From Octopus sinensis (lineage: Eukaryota), in the NCBI RefSeq assembly GCF_006345805.1, contig NW_021833966.1:1-52522 (forward strand): 52,522 bases of DNA, in the 5' to 3' direction. A program made the position numbers and the translations under genes. Every line of letters starts with the position of its first letter. The stretch's first letter is position 1. The notes below the pieces were generated by a model. That model made no database searches, was not told the origin of the DNA, and saw only the letters and a list, made by a program, of their open reading frames with translations. Positions 1-13,557 of the stretch are shown piece by piece.

Positions 1-180
1 AGGGACATATTTATATAATATATATATTTAATGTTAGCACTGTAATGTTTATTGCTTTCCGTAAACCAATGATGCGCAAGTCTAAAACATACTAAATATA
101 TTTTCATATGAATGCATAAGTATTTAGACGGGGAGGAGGGGATTAGACGTACATCCCAGTTTACATATACATCCATCCAA

Positions 181-247
181 TATATATTATATATGTAAAT
201 GTTATATATACAGCTATATATATATATAGTTATATATATATATATAG

Positions 248-297
<50 letters not shown>

Positions 298-332
298 ATA
301 TATATATATTATATATATACATATATATATAC

Positions 333-380
<48 letters not shown>

Positions 381-520
381 TTAATTATATATATTATAAT
401 ATATACTATATATATATATATATATATATAAACATTATACACATATATACATAAGTATATTATTAACATATATATATTATATATGTATGTATGTAAGTAT
501 TGATAAAATAATAATAGCAA
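181..520. repeat. Imperfect (TA)n microsatellite
   Basis: Direct reading; the YI-rich ORFs here are artefacts. Confidence 0.95.
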
Positions 521-840
521 TAACGACGATGGCTATTATAATATATATACATATAAACTACATTCCGATACACACGCACATAGATATGCATACATATATA
601 TGTGTATAATTATATATGCAGATATATACATACGTATAATGCATATCCTTCATAACTGCTTTACTGACACAACGCGCGCGCGAAAGGTATAAATATACAC
701 TGTTGTATAATTAGAGCCAATATATTTATAAATGTATTAAATATAGCCAACATATATACATGTATATAGATATATGCACATACACATATACACACGCATA
801 GATGAAACATATATATATCATACCTGCATGCATATATGCA

Positions 841-892
841 TATACGTACATACATGCATATATATGTATATATATAGTGTATATATATATAT

Positions 893-923
<31 letters not shown>

Positions 924-1224
924 AATATATGCATATAAATATTGTGAATATACAAATATGACTTTACATACGTATTCACAAATATGTATACAATACATAT
1001 ACACATGCATATTCATATGTACATCAACATGAATACATACCTTCGTACATAAATATCTACATACAAATAAAAACAATATATATATGCATATATATGTGCA
1101 CAAATGTACATACATATCATAAGTAAGCCTACATACATAACTACCTACCTACTTACCTACCACTGTGTACCTACATACATATTTACATACGTATATATTA
1201 AAACATTCTTATATATATATATGC

Positions 1225-1304
<80 letters not shown>

Positions 1305-1375
1305 ATATATATATATATGTACATATGCATATATACATACATATGCATATATATATAAAATAAGAAAGAATATAT

Positions 1376-1416
<41 letters not shown>

Positions 1417-1467
1417 TCTTTCATTATTTTATATATATATATGTATATGTATATATGCGTATGTATG

Positions 1468-1503
<36 letters not shown>

Positions 1504-1530
1504 ATATAAATATATATATATATGTGTATA
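841..1530. repeat. Compound (TA)n/(TACA)n/(TG)n microsatellite field
   Basis: Direct reading. Confidence 0.9.
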
Positions 1531-1793
1531 TATATATTCATACATTAAAACTCACACATAGAAACGCCAAAACCACATTTCCCTACTCTTGGTTAAAATA
1601 ATACAATTATTGGCAACTAACTTCCTGGTCTCCACTTACTAAAGAGCTCGGCTGACTAGTCGCCATCTTCCTGAGGCGATTCAGTTAAATATAGCTGGCA
1701 AATTAACGGCTGAATGTTTGATCTGAGGGGAAAATCTAATTCTGTCTATTTGAGTTCCGAACAACAACAACCATTTCTACTACTGCTGCTACT

Positions 1794-1826
<33 letters not shown>

Positions 1827-2026
1827 AGTTGGCGATGAAGGAAAGAATACCCGCGAAGAGGAATTGTTGTTGCTGGTCGAATTTGGCTGTTTCTTGGAGG
1901 AATTCGTCCAGTTACCGTTTGAAGTCTTTTTTTTTACCTTCATTGCTTTGGAATCAAGTAGAATAGAGCCATGTCGACGGGCAGAGTATTAATAGTGTGA
2001 AAATTTCAAATTGCTCTCTGTCTCTC

Positions 2027-2038
2027 TCTCTCTCCCTG

Positions 2039-2085
<47 letters not shown>

Positions 2086-2255
2086 CTATATATCTATCTA
2101 TCTATCTATCTATTATCTATCTATCTTCTATCAATCTATCTATCTATCTATCTATCTATCTCTATCTATCTATATCTATCTATCTATCTATCTATATCTA
2201 TCTATCTATATCTATCTATCTATCTATCTATCTATCTAGCTATCTATCTATCTCT
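2027..2255. repeat. (TC)n followed by (TATC)n
   Basis: Direct reading; the source of the LSIY ORFs. Confidence 0.95.
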
Positions 2256-2415
2256 TTGTCTGTCTATAGATCAGCTCGTTTACGGGAAACCTTTTTGAGT
2301 GGGCATATATAAGCTGCTGTTTTATTATGCCGCCCACAGCCTAATGATAGCAATTGGTAATAATAAATTTATGGAGTTGTACCGAGCTGTGCCGATATAA
2401 TGTAGAATAAATATA

Positions 2416-2451
2416 ACAATGATGATGATGATAATAATAATAATAATAATC

Positions 2452-2494
<43 letters not shown>

Positions 2495-2819
2495 TATAAT
2501 AATGAAGACCCCCTTCGGTCATGAGTGACCATGGGTTTGCACCTAGAGAGTTACCCTCTGAGGCACAAGTCTGGGCAAGGTTGTTTTTATGGAAGACCAG
2601 TAGTCGCCCATGCATACCGGCCTCCCCTCTCCACGCCACCAGTGTTATCCAAGGGAAAGACAAAGGTCGATACAGCTTGGGACCTGTGACGTCGCAACTC
2701 ATTTCTACAGCTGAGTGAACTGGAGCAACGTGAAATAAAGTGTCTTGCTCAAGAATGATAATAATAATAATAATAATGATAATAATAATAATAATAATAA
2801 TAATGATAATAATAATAAC

Positions 2820-2850
<31 letters not shown>

Positions 2851-2905
2851 TTTATTATTATTATTAAATTATTATTATTATTATATTATTATTATTATTA
2901 TTGTT
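2416..2905. repeat. (AAT)n array interrupted by a SINE
   Basis: AAT runs at about 2416-2500 and 2756-2905 on both sides of the SINE. Confidence 0.9.
2506..2755 (-). mobile_element. SINE family C (CORE-like), 5'-truncated
   Basis: Near-identical to 35567-35820 and to the reverse complement of 23700-23945 (gaccccttcggtc...tgtcttgctcaagaa). Confidence 0.9.
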
Positions 2906-3076
2906 ATAATCCATGGATGGAATTTATAAATATTTTAATGCATCACTACGCGCGTTTCCACAGGTCATGTGTTCCTTACGATCATAGTCCGGATTCCTGG
3001 GATGATTACAGTACAGTTCGTAGTAACCGTGGACATGTGGATCATATTCGTGTGTTCATTTCCTCAGACGATATAT

Positions 3077-3165
3077 CTACACTGGAAAATTACGTAAAAG
3101 GTTGCGCAGACGATTTGTTTTTTCCATTGTGTCTCCTGTATCACCAATTTATACATGTTTGTGTA
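3077..3165 (-). mobile_element. Penelope-like GIY-YIG fragment, inverted diverged copy
   Basis: Minus strand reads KHV*IGDTGDTMEKTNRLRNLLRNF and aligns to 3207-3280 on the plus strand. Confidence 0.55.
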
Positions 3166-3184
3166 GTGAAAACATATTTGTGAG

Positions 3185-3478
3185 GTGGAGACGGGTACTC
3201 AGAAATATATGTACATTAATGGTACTGGAGACACCACGAAAAACCGTCTGCGCCACCATCTTATGTCATTTTCCAATGCAAACGAAATGCACTCCACATC
3301 ATTATCTAACGTCACCTGGAGGCACAAACAGAGTGGAGTGGAGGGGAGAATACGACCAACTGGTCTATAATAAAAAGAAAGTCGCACCATACAACAGAAC
3401 ATCGTAGGTGTGCAATTTATACCTAGAGGAAACCCTGGACATTATTACATCCAGAGAAATCATAAACTCCGGTATAGG
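3185..3478 (+). mobile_element. Penelope-like element GIY-YIG endonuclease C-terminal fragment (pseudogenised)
   Basis: Reads KYMYINGTGDTTKNRLRHHLMSF...STSLSNVTWRHK, then KKVAPYNRTS*VCNLYLEETLDII. This matches the PLE pattern YIG.T..FK.R..NH..SF...ST.LS..IW..K...PY....CNLCL.EK..I. Confidence 0.7.
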
Positions 3479-3966
3479 TGACGAAATTTTCATTAATTTT
3501 TTTTTACTAAATTTAAACATTGCCAGCGAGTATTGAACAGGGAACTGCTTTCACTGAAAATTTTCGATAAAAAATTGTTTCATCGAAAGAAATCCGTCCT
3601 GGCTTCTGATTCGGCAGAATATATTTAGTGTATTTTTCGTGTTCGACAAGAGTTAACTTTATAAAAAGTAATCGTACTTTTTTCTCGTCGGACCAACTTT
3701 TACGTTCTTCTTTGAAGATTTCGTATCTACGAAAATATTCAGAGAATATAATACAATCTTCTGGGTTGAATTTGAATTCTCCAATTGAGTTTGCTCCGAT
3801 TTCTGGCGAGTACGAACCTGAAGTATTATCAGACTTCTTCAAGTCTTATCAGACTTAATTCCAGCAACTGTTGGTCTTGTTGTTGTTGCTGTCGTAGTTG
3901 CTGCTGCTGTAGTTGCTGTTGTAACTGCTGTTGCATTCGCACCACGGAGGCCAATAAGTTCTCCAT
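3478..3966 (-). mobile_element. Ty3/Gypsy LTR retrotransposon gag fragment (frameshifted)
   Basis: MENLLASVVRMQQQ..., then SPEIGANSIGEFKFNPED..FSEYFRRYEIF..W.DEKKVRLLFIKL..EHEKYTKYILP..SFDET, then KIFSESSSLFNTRWQCLNL. This is typical invertebrate Gypsy (K02A2.6-like) gag. Confidence 0.85.
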
Positions 3967-4048
3967 GGTAAATGATTTTTTCTTGGGTTTCTTACCCCCC
4001 GCCAAAAAAAGAAAAAACAATCAAACGTCCAAGGCAAGCTTCGAAGAA

Positions 4049-4058
4049 CTCGTCGCCA
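4049..4058 (-). promoter_or_regulatory. Primer-binding site (TGGCGACGAG) of the Gypsy element
   Basis: Plus-strand ctcgtcgcca lies about 80 bp upstream of the gag ATG; TGGCG is the canonical Gypsy PBS start. Confidence 0.7.
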
Positions 4059-4365
4059 CTTTTATATCCTTGTATTGGATATAAAAGCATAAAGTAGCAA
4101 AGAAGACAGAAAGTATATCCACGACAAACTACGATTTCTATTACACGAGACACAGCCCACCACAACAAAGGCTCACAGTGAACTGCTACCAACACCGACT
4201 CTGACGATGCGACAGTTGTTCTTTTAATAGAAATGTCTCAGTCCACTGTTAGTCACATGGGGTGGTCGGAATCCTCCCACAAGTATATATATCCGCTTAG
4301 TATGGAATATCGGATAAAAATGTTCTCAATACCAAAGCAGAGACAAATTATGATTTATTTTGATG
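4059..4365 (-). mobile_element. Probable remnant of the Gypsy 5' LTR
   Basis: Position immediately upstream of the PBS; boundaries are uncertain and no second LTR is present in the window. Confidence 0.4.
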
Positions 4366-5429
4366 AATCAGTCTTTTACTAATCCAGGTTTCATCTGTTG
4401 AGGCCGAGAAGCCTCAGGCAAGTTATGACAGGAAGTACATAGAATCCGCACATTTATGTAGGGTTTTGTAGTCATAAGGTTTGATGAGGGGGGGGGGTAT
4501 GATAAAGGGTGGGGAAAGGAGGATAACAGGGGGGAGGAAGAAATAGGAGAAATAAAATGAGGGAAATGGAAGGAGAATAAAAGAAAGAAAATAAAAAGGA
4601 GCAAAGAAGGGGTGGAAAAGGAAAAGGAGAGGAAAAGAGAAAGGATAGTGAAAGCAAGAAAACGAAAAAAATAGAAAAATAGAAAAAAAGAAAAGGGAAA
4701 GGAAAAAGAAAAGGGAATTGGTGAAGTGAGGGAGAAATAAAGAAGTTGAAAAAGAGAACAAAAACAAAAAGGGAGAAGGAAGTTAATAAAAGGAGAGGGA
4801 GAAGAATACAATGGAAAAATTTCGTAGTAAAAATTCAACAACAAAAAAAAAAAAAGCAAATGATCAACTTTTAGAAGCAGAGAATGATTAAATAAAAAAA
4901 AAATGAATGGTGCAAAATTGTTAAGATTTTTGGTCAATAACTGGCGAAGGATGAGCATGTTCTCGTTTCGTGTAGGATTTTCTGTGGGTCCGTTTGTCGT
5001 TCTTCGTTGCAAATTTTAGTCATTATATAATCATGTGACACGTTAAGTGGATAGTTGCAGGGGTGCTAAGATAGTATAAAAGGGTTTCGGAATAAATGAA
5101 GATTGAGAGAGGTAGAAATATTGAAATTTACTTGAAAAACATGGTAATTAGAATGAAACGAAGGGAAAAAATACCATTTAGGGTAAAGATTTGGAGAAAT
5201 CGTCGAGTTACAAAAATGTGATAATCATAAATAAAATGTGAAGTAAAAAGAAAATGAATGAAATAATATAAAAATGGTAACAAAGTGGAAATAAATGGTA
5301 AAAAAGAAAAAAACTGTAAATACTAATTGGATATGGAATGAAAAATTATAAGAAAAAATATTGGGAGAAATAATTAGAAAATATTTATCGAAAATGTAAT
5401 GTAAAGATAACATGTGAATATATAGATGT

Positions 5430-5560
5430 TCTTTTCTATTCTAGGCACAGGGCCCGAAGTTTTGGGGTGGGGTCCAGTCGATTAGATCGGAATTTGAACT
5501 CAGAACGTAGCGGTAGACGAAATACCGCAAAGCATTTCGCCCGGTGTGTTAATGTTTCTG
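5430..5560 (-). mobile_element. SINE family A with internal deletion
   Basis: ggaatttgaactcagaacgta...gacgaaataccg..agcatttcgcccgg is shared with 32878-33107. Confidence 0.85.
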
Positions 5561-6795
5561 TGAATATAAAGAGTTTATGAATGTTATAAAGGAAATCTGG
5601 GTAAAATATAAGTGGAATAAGTAGATTTAAAAAGGGTCAAAGAAAGAGAAGAATTTAAGGAGAAGAAGCGAAGGGATGAGATTATATAAGGGTTCAATTT
5701 CAGGTAGGAACAATAGCAATAGCAGTATAGACCATTAGAAACGATACAAGTAACCATCAAATATATGAAAAAAGGTGGGGATTGAACACATGTAGCGCAG
5801 ATATGAAACTCCACCCTGATATATAGATAACGAAAGCAATGTCACATTTTAAACTTGAGGAAAGTCTTGCACATTTTTACTTTTCCACTCAGAGATTGTA
5901 TTTGTAATGTGCTAGTTAGTTTGTTACGCTTGTATAGAAATATAATGGACAAATAAACTGAAATAGAACGGTTTATTAATACTATTATCTAGGTCGCTTT
6001 TAACTCAGATGAGCAAGGCCCAGCTTACACGAATTCGTTGGACTTTCGTGTGGAATACTCCAAGGGTTTGTAAGAAACAGAATTGTCCAAATAACCCTGC
6101 CTTTTGCGGAACAGTTGAGTGTATATGTCTGTGCTTTCGTGCGTGTGTGCAGGAATGTACATGTATATATTTCTGTATGTATATACACACTGACAGGGCA
6201 ACCATTTAAAGAATTTTTTCTTACTAATCTAATCCTTTGAAAAACCTTTTTCACACGACTCTTACATATATTTTTTTTAAATTGACATATTTCATGTATT
6301 TACGTTTCAATCTACCATTGAACCATTTTCACATTGCAGGAATCGCGTTGCTCTTCCCACTTAAAACAGTCCCCTTTCAAAGTTCTGCCTACATTTTCAA
6401 CGATAAATGTGCCCCCTCAACCTCCTCACACAAACCTTCTTTTTACCCCCTGCCCCCGCTTCTTCACACTCACTGTCTTTTTCGCTTTTCTTCTCTCCCT
6501 CCTCCTCCTCCTCATTTTTGTTTAAACACATTTGTCAAGATTCTTCCATTATGATAAAGCTTGCGATGCCTCTTTTCTTCACTTAATATGGATTCCTTTC
6601 ATGTTTTATTAAGTTATTTTAGAGTTCGAGATATCGACTGTGATAAACGCATAGAGAAGATTGCAGTTGCTTAACACATTATCTGTACAGACACAAGCAG
6701 ATCTGACAGACATGCACAGCTTCACAATAACAACGACACACAATGACACAACCTATACACGCATATACATGTATATATATGTGTGTATATATATA

Positions 6796-6835
<40 letters not shown>

Positions 6836-6950
6836 TCACCCACACACAAACATAGACAAATGATAAGAGATGGAAAATGGAATATAGCAGGAACTTTATT
6901 GCTCACAAGGAAACATATATACATACTTATAGATACATATAAATGTATGC

Positions 6951-6990
<40 letters not shown>

Positions 6991-7859
6991 TATACATATA
7001 CATATATATACATGCATAATACACACACGCATGCACACTCACATACATGCACATGCATATCAAACGCACACACCATTCACACCCACGCATACATGTGGAA
7101 TTATAATATCTCGCTTATAGGGCTTCTCCTGTTATTTCTAGTTCTTTTTTTTTATATTTAAAAATTCTTCTCGTCTTAATTGAGACCGAAACATGAAGAA
7201 TTCAAAAAGGAATTACTTCCACTCCCCCCCCATCACCCCACCTCTTTCGCCTCATCATTCTACAGATATTTCATTGTAGGAAAAAGTTTTCCAACTTATC
7301 CCGTGGCAAGATTTGGTAAATATAGACTTTCGCGTTTCCCAATTTCGGAAGCAATAAACACAGAACTGAATCGTCAAAGAATTGCCAGTTTAATGTATAA
7401 ACACTTCCTCCCTCAAACCATTTTCTAGTACCTTCTTGAAGTTTTGCCTAAATACACAGACGTACACACACACATTCACACATAAACATACACATACACA
7501 CACATACACACACAGACGTATAAGTGATCAAATACTCAGATACTTATCTTACACATACAGGTATGTGAAAACACTATATTACAGATGCGCAGACACATCA
7601 TATATGTATACACACGCATACACACAGAGAGAGAGAGAAACGCACACACACACACAAACACACATATACGTATCAATGTGTGTTGAGTGTGAGTGTATTA
7701 GGCAGGGTGGGGAAAAAAGAAAAAAAGACATCGAAAAGAACGACCGATGTATCGATCTATCTATCAATATAAATATTGACTGGTGTCTGTGTATATACAC
7801 ACATATAGGTGCATATATACATACAGACATATACGTATATAGACAGATGGATAGATAGA

Positions 7860-8050
7860 TAAATAGATATACATATATATTTACATACATAAACATATAT
7901 ATATATATATACATACATATATATATATATATATATACATATATACATATATATATTATATATACATATATATGTACATATATGCATATATATACATATA
8001 TATATATACATATATATACCTATATACATATATATATATACATATATACA

Positions 8051-8105
<55 letters not shown>

Positions 8106-8150
8106 TATATATATATAATATATATATATATATATACATACATACATATA
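7860..8150. repeat. (TA)n/(TATACA)n microsatellite
   Basis: Direct reading. Confidence 0.9.
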
Positions 8151-8659
8151 CACGCTGGTAAAAATGGGCTCCTTACACGTATCTATGCGGAGAGGAAAGA
8201 GACATAGAGATAGAGGAATGAATGACTGGTAAAATCTCCAGGGTATGTCTACTCTGTGAATACTTAATAGAGAAGCGTACGCTATCATATCTGAGCCAAG
8301 TAGTTTTAATTATAATTATAGCGTTAGTGATGGGAACAATCATTATATGTTGGGCTAATTAGAGTGAAAACAGGCAAAGGCAGATCAGATCGAACTATTA
8401 AATATTTAATGTTCATTAAATAATGGATTCAGTTGGGTGTAGTTATCGTATTTACCTATAAGGTGTCTGTTTTAGATGTTCCGGCCTTATGACTTTATCA
8501 TCAGTGAAGCCTACTCTTACTGCAGATCTTATCAGGACTAGGAAAACATACGGTTTCTTGAATGAAAACTATCATAATATGTGGTGTGTGTGTGTGTGTG
8601 TGTATTTATATATGATAATGTACAGCTATCATAACATCATCGGGCTATATATATATAGG

Positions 8660-8698
8660 GATAGATAGATAGATAGATAGATAGGTAGACAGACAGAC

Positions 8699-8754
<56 letters not shown>

Positions 8755-8802
8755 GGATGGTGGATGGATAGATAGATAGATAGATAGATAGATAGCTAGA
8801 TA

Positions 8803-8885
<83 letters not shown>
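8660..8885. repeat. (AGAT)n microsatellite
   Basis: Direct reading. Confidence 0.95.
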
Positions 8886-8887
8886 TA

Positions 8888-9290
8888 TTCACGAGGTCTG
8901 ATGGAAACGTATCGATCAAGAAGTATGAAGACTGGTGCTATAAATGGAAGCCTTCCTTCCGGAACTCCTTTTTAAAGAAAGCGAGGGCCTGCATCGTTGC
9001 ATTCTCTTGGATTTTCTCGACCTCTTTAAATCTTCTCGGAGACTTCTCCTCCGAAGGCAGCTTTGATTTCAGGGTCACAACCATAGACGTACGATTCATC
9101 ATTTGTTGATACTGTTTTCGAAATTGTTTCTTCTTCCTCGACACAATCAAGGAAATCCTGAGCAGCGGAAATCCGATCTTCTTTTAGTGACGACCACACT
9201 CTACACACTTTATTTGCAAGAGACGATCACTTAGTTGTGAGCGCTCATGCACTGGGACATAAACAACTAGATTTAAGAAGGGTCACATCC
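8888..9290 (-). mobile_element. Mariner-type transposase relic with TIR-like end
   Basis: RISAAQDFLDCVEEEETISKTVSTNDESYVYGCDPEIK corresponds to mariner IITGDETWVYGYDPETK. It is followed by a frameshifted SPRRFKEV...MQALAFF. The end at about 8888 (acgaggtctgat..aagtatgaagactggtgctataa) resembles a mariner TIR. Confidence 0.8.
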
Positions 9291-10289
9291 GTATTTTCAA
9301 TCAACTATGCCTAAAAATAAACATTAATATTAAAAGTAAGATAGCTGACTTCTCAAACGTTGCTCTTACATTTTGCAGCAATACTGAAAAACCTTACAAA
9401 AATACATAATCCTCAAGTCAAACGTCCACTCATATTACACAAACCTCTAATCGATATCGATGACACATAGATTATAAAACAGTTGCCTCAAAAATACATC
9501 TAGCTACCTACTTAAATCCTGCCCCATACCCAGTTCTAAGTACCGACGCATAATTAGAACTGATGCACAGCCCCTACTCCTAAAAAGTAAAAACCTAAAA
9601 TATCTAAAACTCCTTAAAAGCAGTATTTAAGCACTTTACCGGACAACATCTTTTAAGTTGGACTCTTTAAAATTTCCTTCACCCGTTTCACGTCGCGTTG
9701 TTAAAACTTTAATAATTTATTCGAATTATCTATTGAGCACTTACGTTAGAAATGCCTCGTCTTTGGATGACTTTTGATGTAAACTGCATGTGTTTCAGTA
9801 ATAAAATTTGTATATCGCGTATCTATGCAGTTTATATGATATCGTAGATAGCATATATTTCATAATTTGTATATATTATAAGGTCATCTATAAAATGTAT
9901 TGTATATTTACTGTAGTACATATTACCTTACTTGTTCATAGTGTAATACGAAACATCTAATTTAGAAATATGCGTTGAGGAAGAGATAATGTTTGTTCGA
10001 TGGCGAAGATGAAATGAAATTATTTGAAAAAAGTTACGGGAGAGAATCCGCGAAGTGCTTCTCTCTTATGTCCTCAAACGTTTAAACCATTGTCATCGAA
10101 ATAGATCGACAGAATCTATCAAGAATTATTCTAAGCAATCTCCCCTCGCATCTTATTTAAACATAGGGGTCGTAAATAGGGGTAAACTTTGGGATCTTCT
10201 CATTGTTATCTTTGTTCTTTCTCCTTGTTGATTGTAAAAGAGAAAAGGAAATTATTAATAAACAGTAGTACCCGTAATATACTGGACTG

Positions 10290-10720
10290 AAATTAGTTGA
10301 ATATGTTATGCACCACACCACCACCACCGAAACAACAGCATCAGCACCATCACTATAGACGCCATCACTATTGGGCATTATGACCACATCGGTGACCACT
10401 ACGACCACCACATGCATCTCACTACCATCACCGCCACCACCAGCACCGCCATCAAAACCCCCACTATCCCCACCACTATATCACCATCACCACTATCACC
10501 ACCATCACTATTACCACTAGCGCACCAGAACCTCCTCGTCACCACCGCCACGTACAATTGTCATCACCACCTTCGTTACTCTACCCACACAAATTCAACC
10601 AACTCTAACGGCAGCATCTTCATCATCAGCAGCAGAAGTAGCACTAACAACACCTTAATGAAGGCCGCAGCAGCAGCAGCAGTCCAACCACCACCACCAC
10701 CACCACCACCACCACTACCC
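10290..10720. repeat. Degenerate (CAC/ACC/CAG)n low-complexity tract
   Basis: Direct reading. Confidence 0.8.
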
Positions 10721-10904
10721 CCTTTTTTTATATAATTGACCTCCTGTCTGTCCAAGAAGCAATCATTAACCATTGTTAAGAGTTGCAATAGATTTTGTCA
10801 GTTCCAAGTTGACCATTGTTGAAGTTCCAGTGGAGAATTGACCAAAGCAAAACAATAAGGGAAACAGCGGGAGACTTTGGTATTAAATTGCTGGCAATCT
10901 ACTC

Positions 10905-11065
10905 AACACACACACACACATACACACACACACACAACACACGCACACACATACACACACACACACACACAACACACACACACACATACACACACACACA
11001 CACCGATGCTCACGTGTATATATAAATTAGATGTATATATATATATATATACACATATATACATA

Positions 11066-11104
<39 letters not shown>

Positions 11105-11135
11105 CTATATATATATAAACATTTATGTATGCGTA

Positions 11136-11187
<52 letters not shown>

Positions 11188-11240
11188 ACATACGCATACA
11201 TACGTGTGTATAAAATAAAGACACACACACACACACACCA
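10905..11240. repeat. (CA)n plus (TA)n compound microsatellite
   Basis: Direct reading. Confidence 0.9.
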
Positions 11241-11389
11241 CCAAACCAATAATTCTGTCATAACATTGCAAAATATCCTTTGAGACAGAATGTAAAATTG
11301 AATGAAATAGATTTGAAAATTATACTCTCCCCCCCTCTCTCTCTTTATTTACGAAGACATAAAAATACACATCTACCATAAACATTGAT

Positions 11390-11560
11390 TTCTAATTTTG
11401 TAACAAGGCCAGCAATTTAGAGAGAGGCGTAAGTCGATTACATCAAGCACAGCGTCCCATTGGTACCCGAAAAGATATAAGATAAAGTGGACCCCGGTGG
11501 AAATTGAACTCAAAACATAAAGGTGGATGATCTGGTGCGCTACCTGTTCTGCCAACTGAC
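11390..11560 (-). mobile_element. SINE family A, diverged
   Basis: taagtcgattacatc...ggtac..ccgaaa..gat..aaagt.gacccc.gtggaaattgaactcaaaac matches family A. Confidence 0.7.
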
Positions 11561-12187
11561 TGACTGATTACCATAATGAATATTTATAAACGATACGATA
11601 TGAATTGTAAGAGGCCGATAAATTCACTTTAAAATTGATAAGTAATGCTGAATGATGGGAAATATTATACAATAAAAGTATATTATATCAATAATATTTA
11701 ATGCTGTTGTATAAGGATAAATAGTTCTAAATATTTATATTTGAATTATAAATAACATTTTGTAATGAATTAAAATAAGAAATTAAATATAATTTGAAAT
11801 AATGGTTTTTAATTTAGGCACACAGTCAGCGATTTTTGAGTTTGGGGTGGTTTAGTCGATTAAATCGACTTTACAAATAGAATAACACTTTATTTTGTTT
11901 TTCATGATACACTAAAAATATATTCGACTACATAACTAGACCCCTCATCACACAAATTACCCCCAATAAAGCTCTAACAAAACCGTTGACTTATCCTGGT
12001 TTCTGTATTTCGTCTACAACTCAAGCTTATAATATATCTTATCTCTTTGACCTACTCATGCATTGCTGTTTGCTACGTCGAAATGTTCACAGATAAATTT
12101 AGGTCCCTTTCTGTAGATTACTTGATAGTGTCTGGTGTATTTTCATCAGGATGAGTTCCTGGCTTTTCCTTGGCAAGAACACAAGAG

Positions 12188-12215
12188 TATAGTCGTGGCC
12201 AAAAATAGGGAATAT
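12188..12215 (+). mobile_element. Tc1-like terminal inverted repeat (one end only)
   Basis: TA-tagtcgtggccaaaa resembles Tc1 TIR starts (TACAGTCGTGGCCAAAA); no partner end found. Confidence 0.35.
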
Positions 12216-12849
12216 CATTTTAAAAATCAAAATTTTTACGTCCAAGTACAATTCAATTCAAATATATACAACTCATATATTTGAACATTTAATATAGAAA
12301 TTCTGATTTTCAGACCTATGTTCCAAAATTTGGCTCACGTTAGTAATTCAATGAGTTTTCAAATGGCTCTTTTATAGGGAACCAAGAAACATTTTGGGTA
12401 TGGTCTCTAAGATTCTACTGCCTTTATGCTTTCCAATTTCTTTTGGTCGAGTTATTTCAAGTGAAAAAGTTCTACCAATAGAACTTCACTGATACACAGG
12501 ATTGCCAATTCTTATCATTGAGGAATTTGCTAATATGATTGCTGATTTATAACTCAAAACTCGCTAATGCTTTCCCAAAAGGTTACAAGAACGATTTAGC
12601 AGAAGAAGGAACACAATTAGAATATTGGATTTGAACAAACACAGTTTCGATAATTTTATTCTATTTAAAGGATATTTAAAATACTTATAGGAATATATAA
12701 AAGTCGTCATTTCTCTTGCCACTTATTGTTTAAACTATTTCTCTCTCTCTCTCACACACACACAGACACACACACAGACACACACACAGACACACACACC
12801 ATTGGTTATTTGTGTGTGTGCAGTTAAAATTAATGAAACATTACTATCT

Positions 12850-13030
12850 TTTGACTTGTATTTTTACTTCTTTTAGTCTTCGACTACGGCCATGCTGTTG
12901 CACCACTTTGAAGAATTGTTTTTTGTCAAGCGAATCGACCCCGGTACTTTTTATTAAAGGCACCGTTTATGTTACAGGGACGTAAGCACCGGTTGTCAGA
13001 GGCTGATAGGGGACAAATACACATACACAC
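12850..13030 (-). mobile_element. SINE family B 3' part, diverged
   Basis: gactacggccatgctg..gcacc.cttt...tcgaccccggtact...gggacgtaa.caccggttgtc matches 38470-38660. Confidence 0.75.
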
Positions 13031-13557
13031 ACTTACACTTACGCACACAGACGTACACGCACGTGCACGCACACACACACAAACGCATGCACACACAGAC
13101 ACACATATACACACACAAGCATCCCTACACACACTCACTTAACCACAAACTCACATATACATCCACACTTGCTGTAAGACCCTGGGCTTAAACAGCCGGT
13201 TGTTAGTGAGGAACGAACATGGGACAGGCTCAACTGCTTGTCACCATCATACCAATTGTGCTCAATCTTGCTCTCCCTATATTGAGAGAAAGAGTAGGAA
13301 GTGTTTCAGCGACGATAATGGAGGAAAGTTTACTTGTGAAGAATGCAACAGGTAACCGGCGCCAATTTCAACAATTTGCATATCAACACCTTCACTGGCA
13401 GAGTGTATTAATTAATAATTGAAAGAGTGAGGCAACGGTGTGTAGAATAACTGTCAGGCGATTTACATAGGTTTAATAAACGTACCTCCTTTCTGGTTGG
13501 ATATGAAACTGAAGAAAACTGGCGCCCGTTACGCGTCGCATTCTTCGTGCAAACCAT

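Noticed and set aside
1830-1990. Possible CR1-type LINE 3' end (KDFKR*LDEFL)
   Set aside because: One short motif only, which is insufficient.
8461-8510. Minus-strand CTGATGA...GGAAC hammerhead-like string
   Set aside because: Stem II is not flush, GAAA is mutated, and there is no stem III/NUH.
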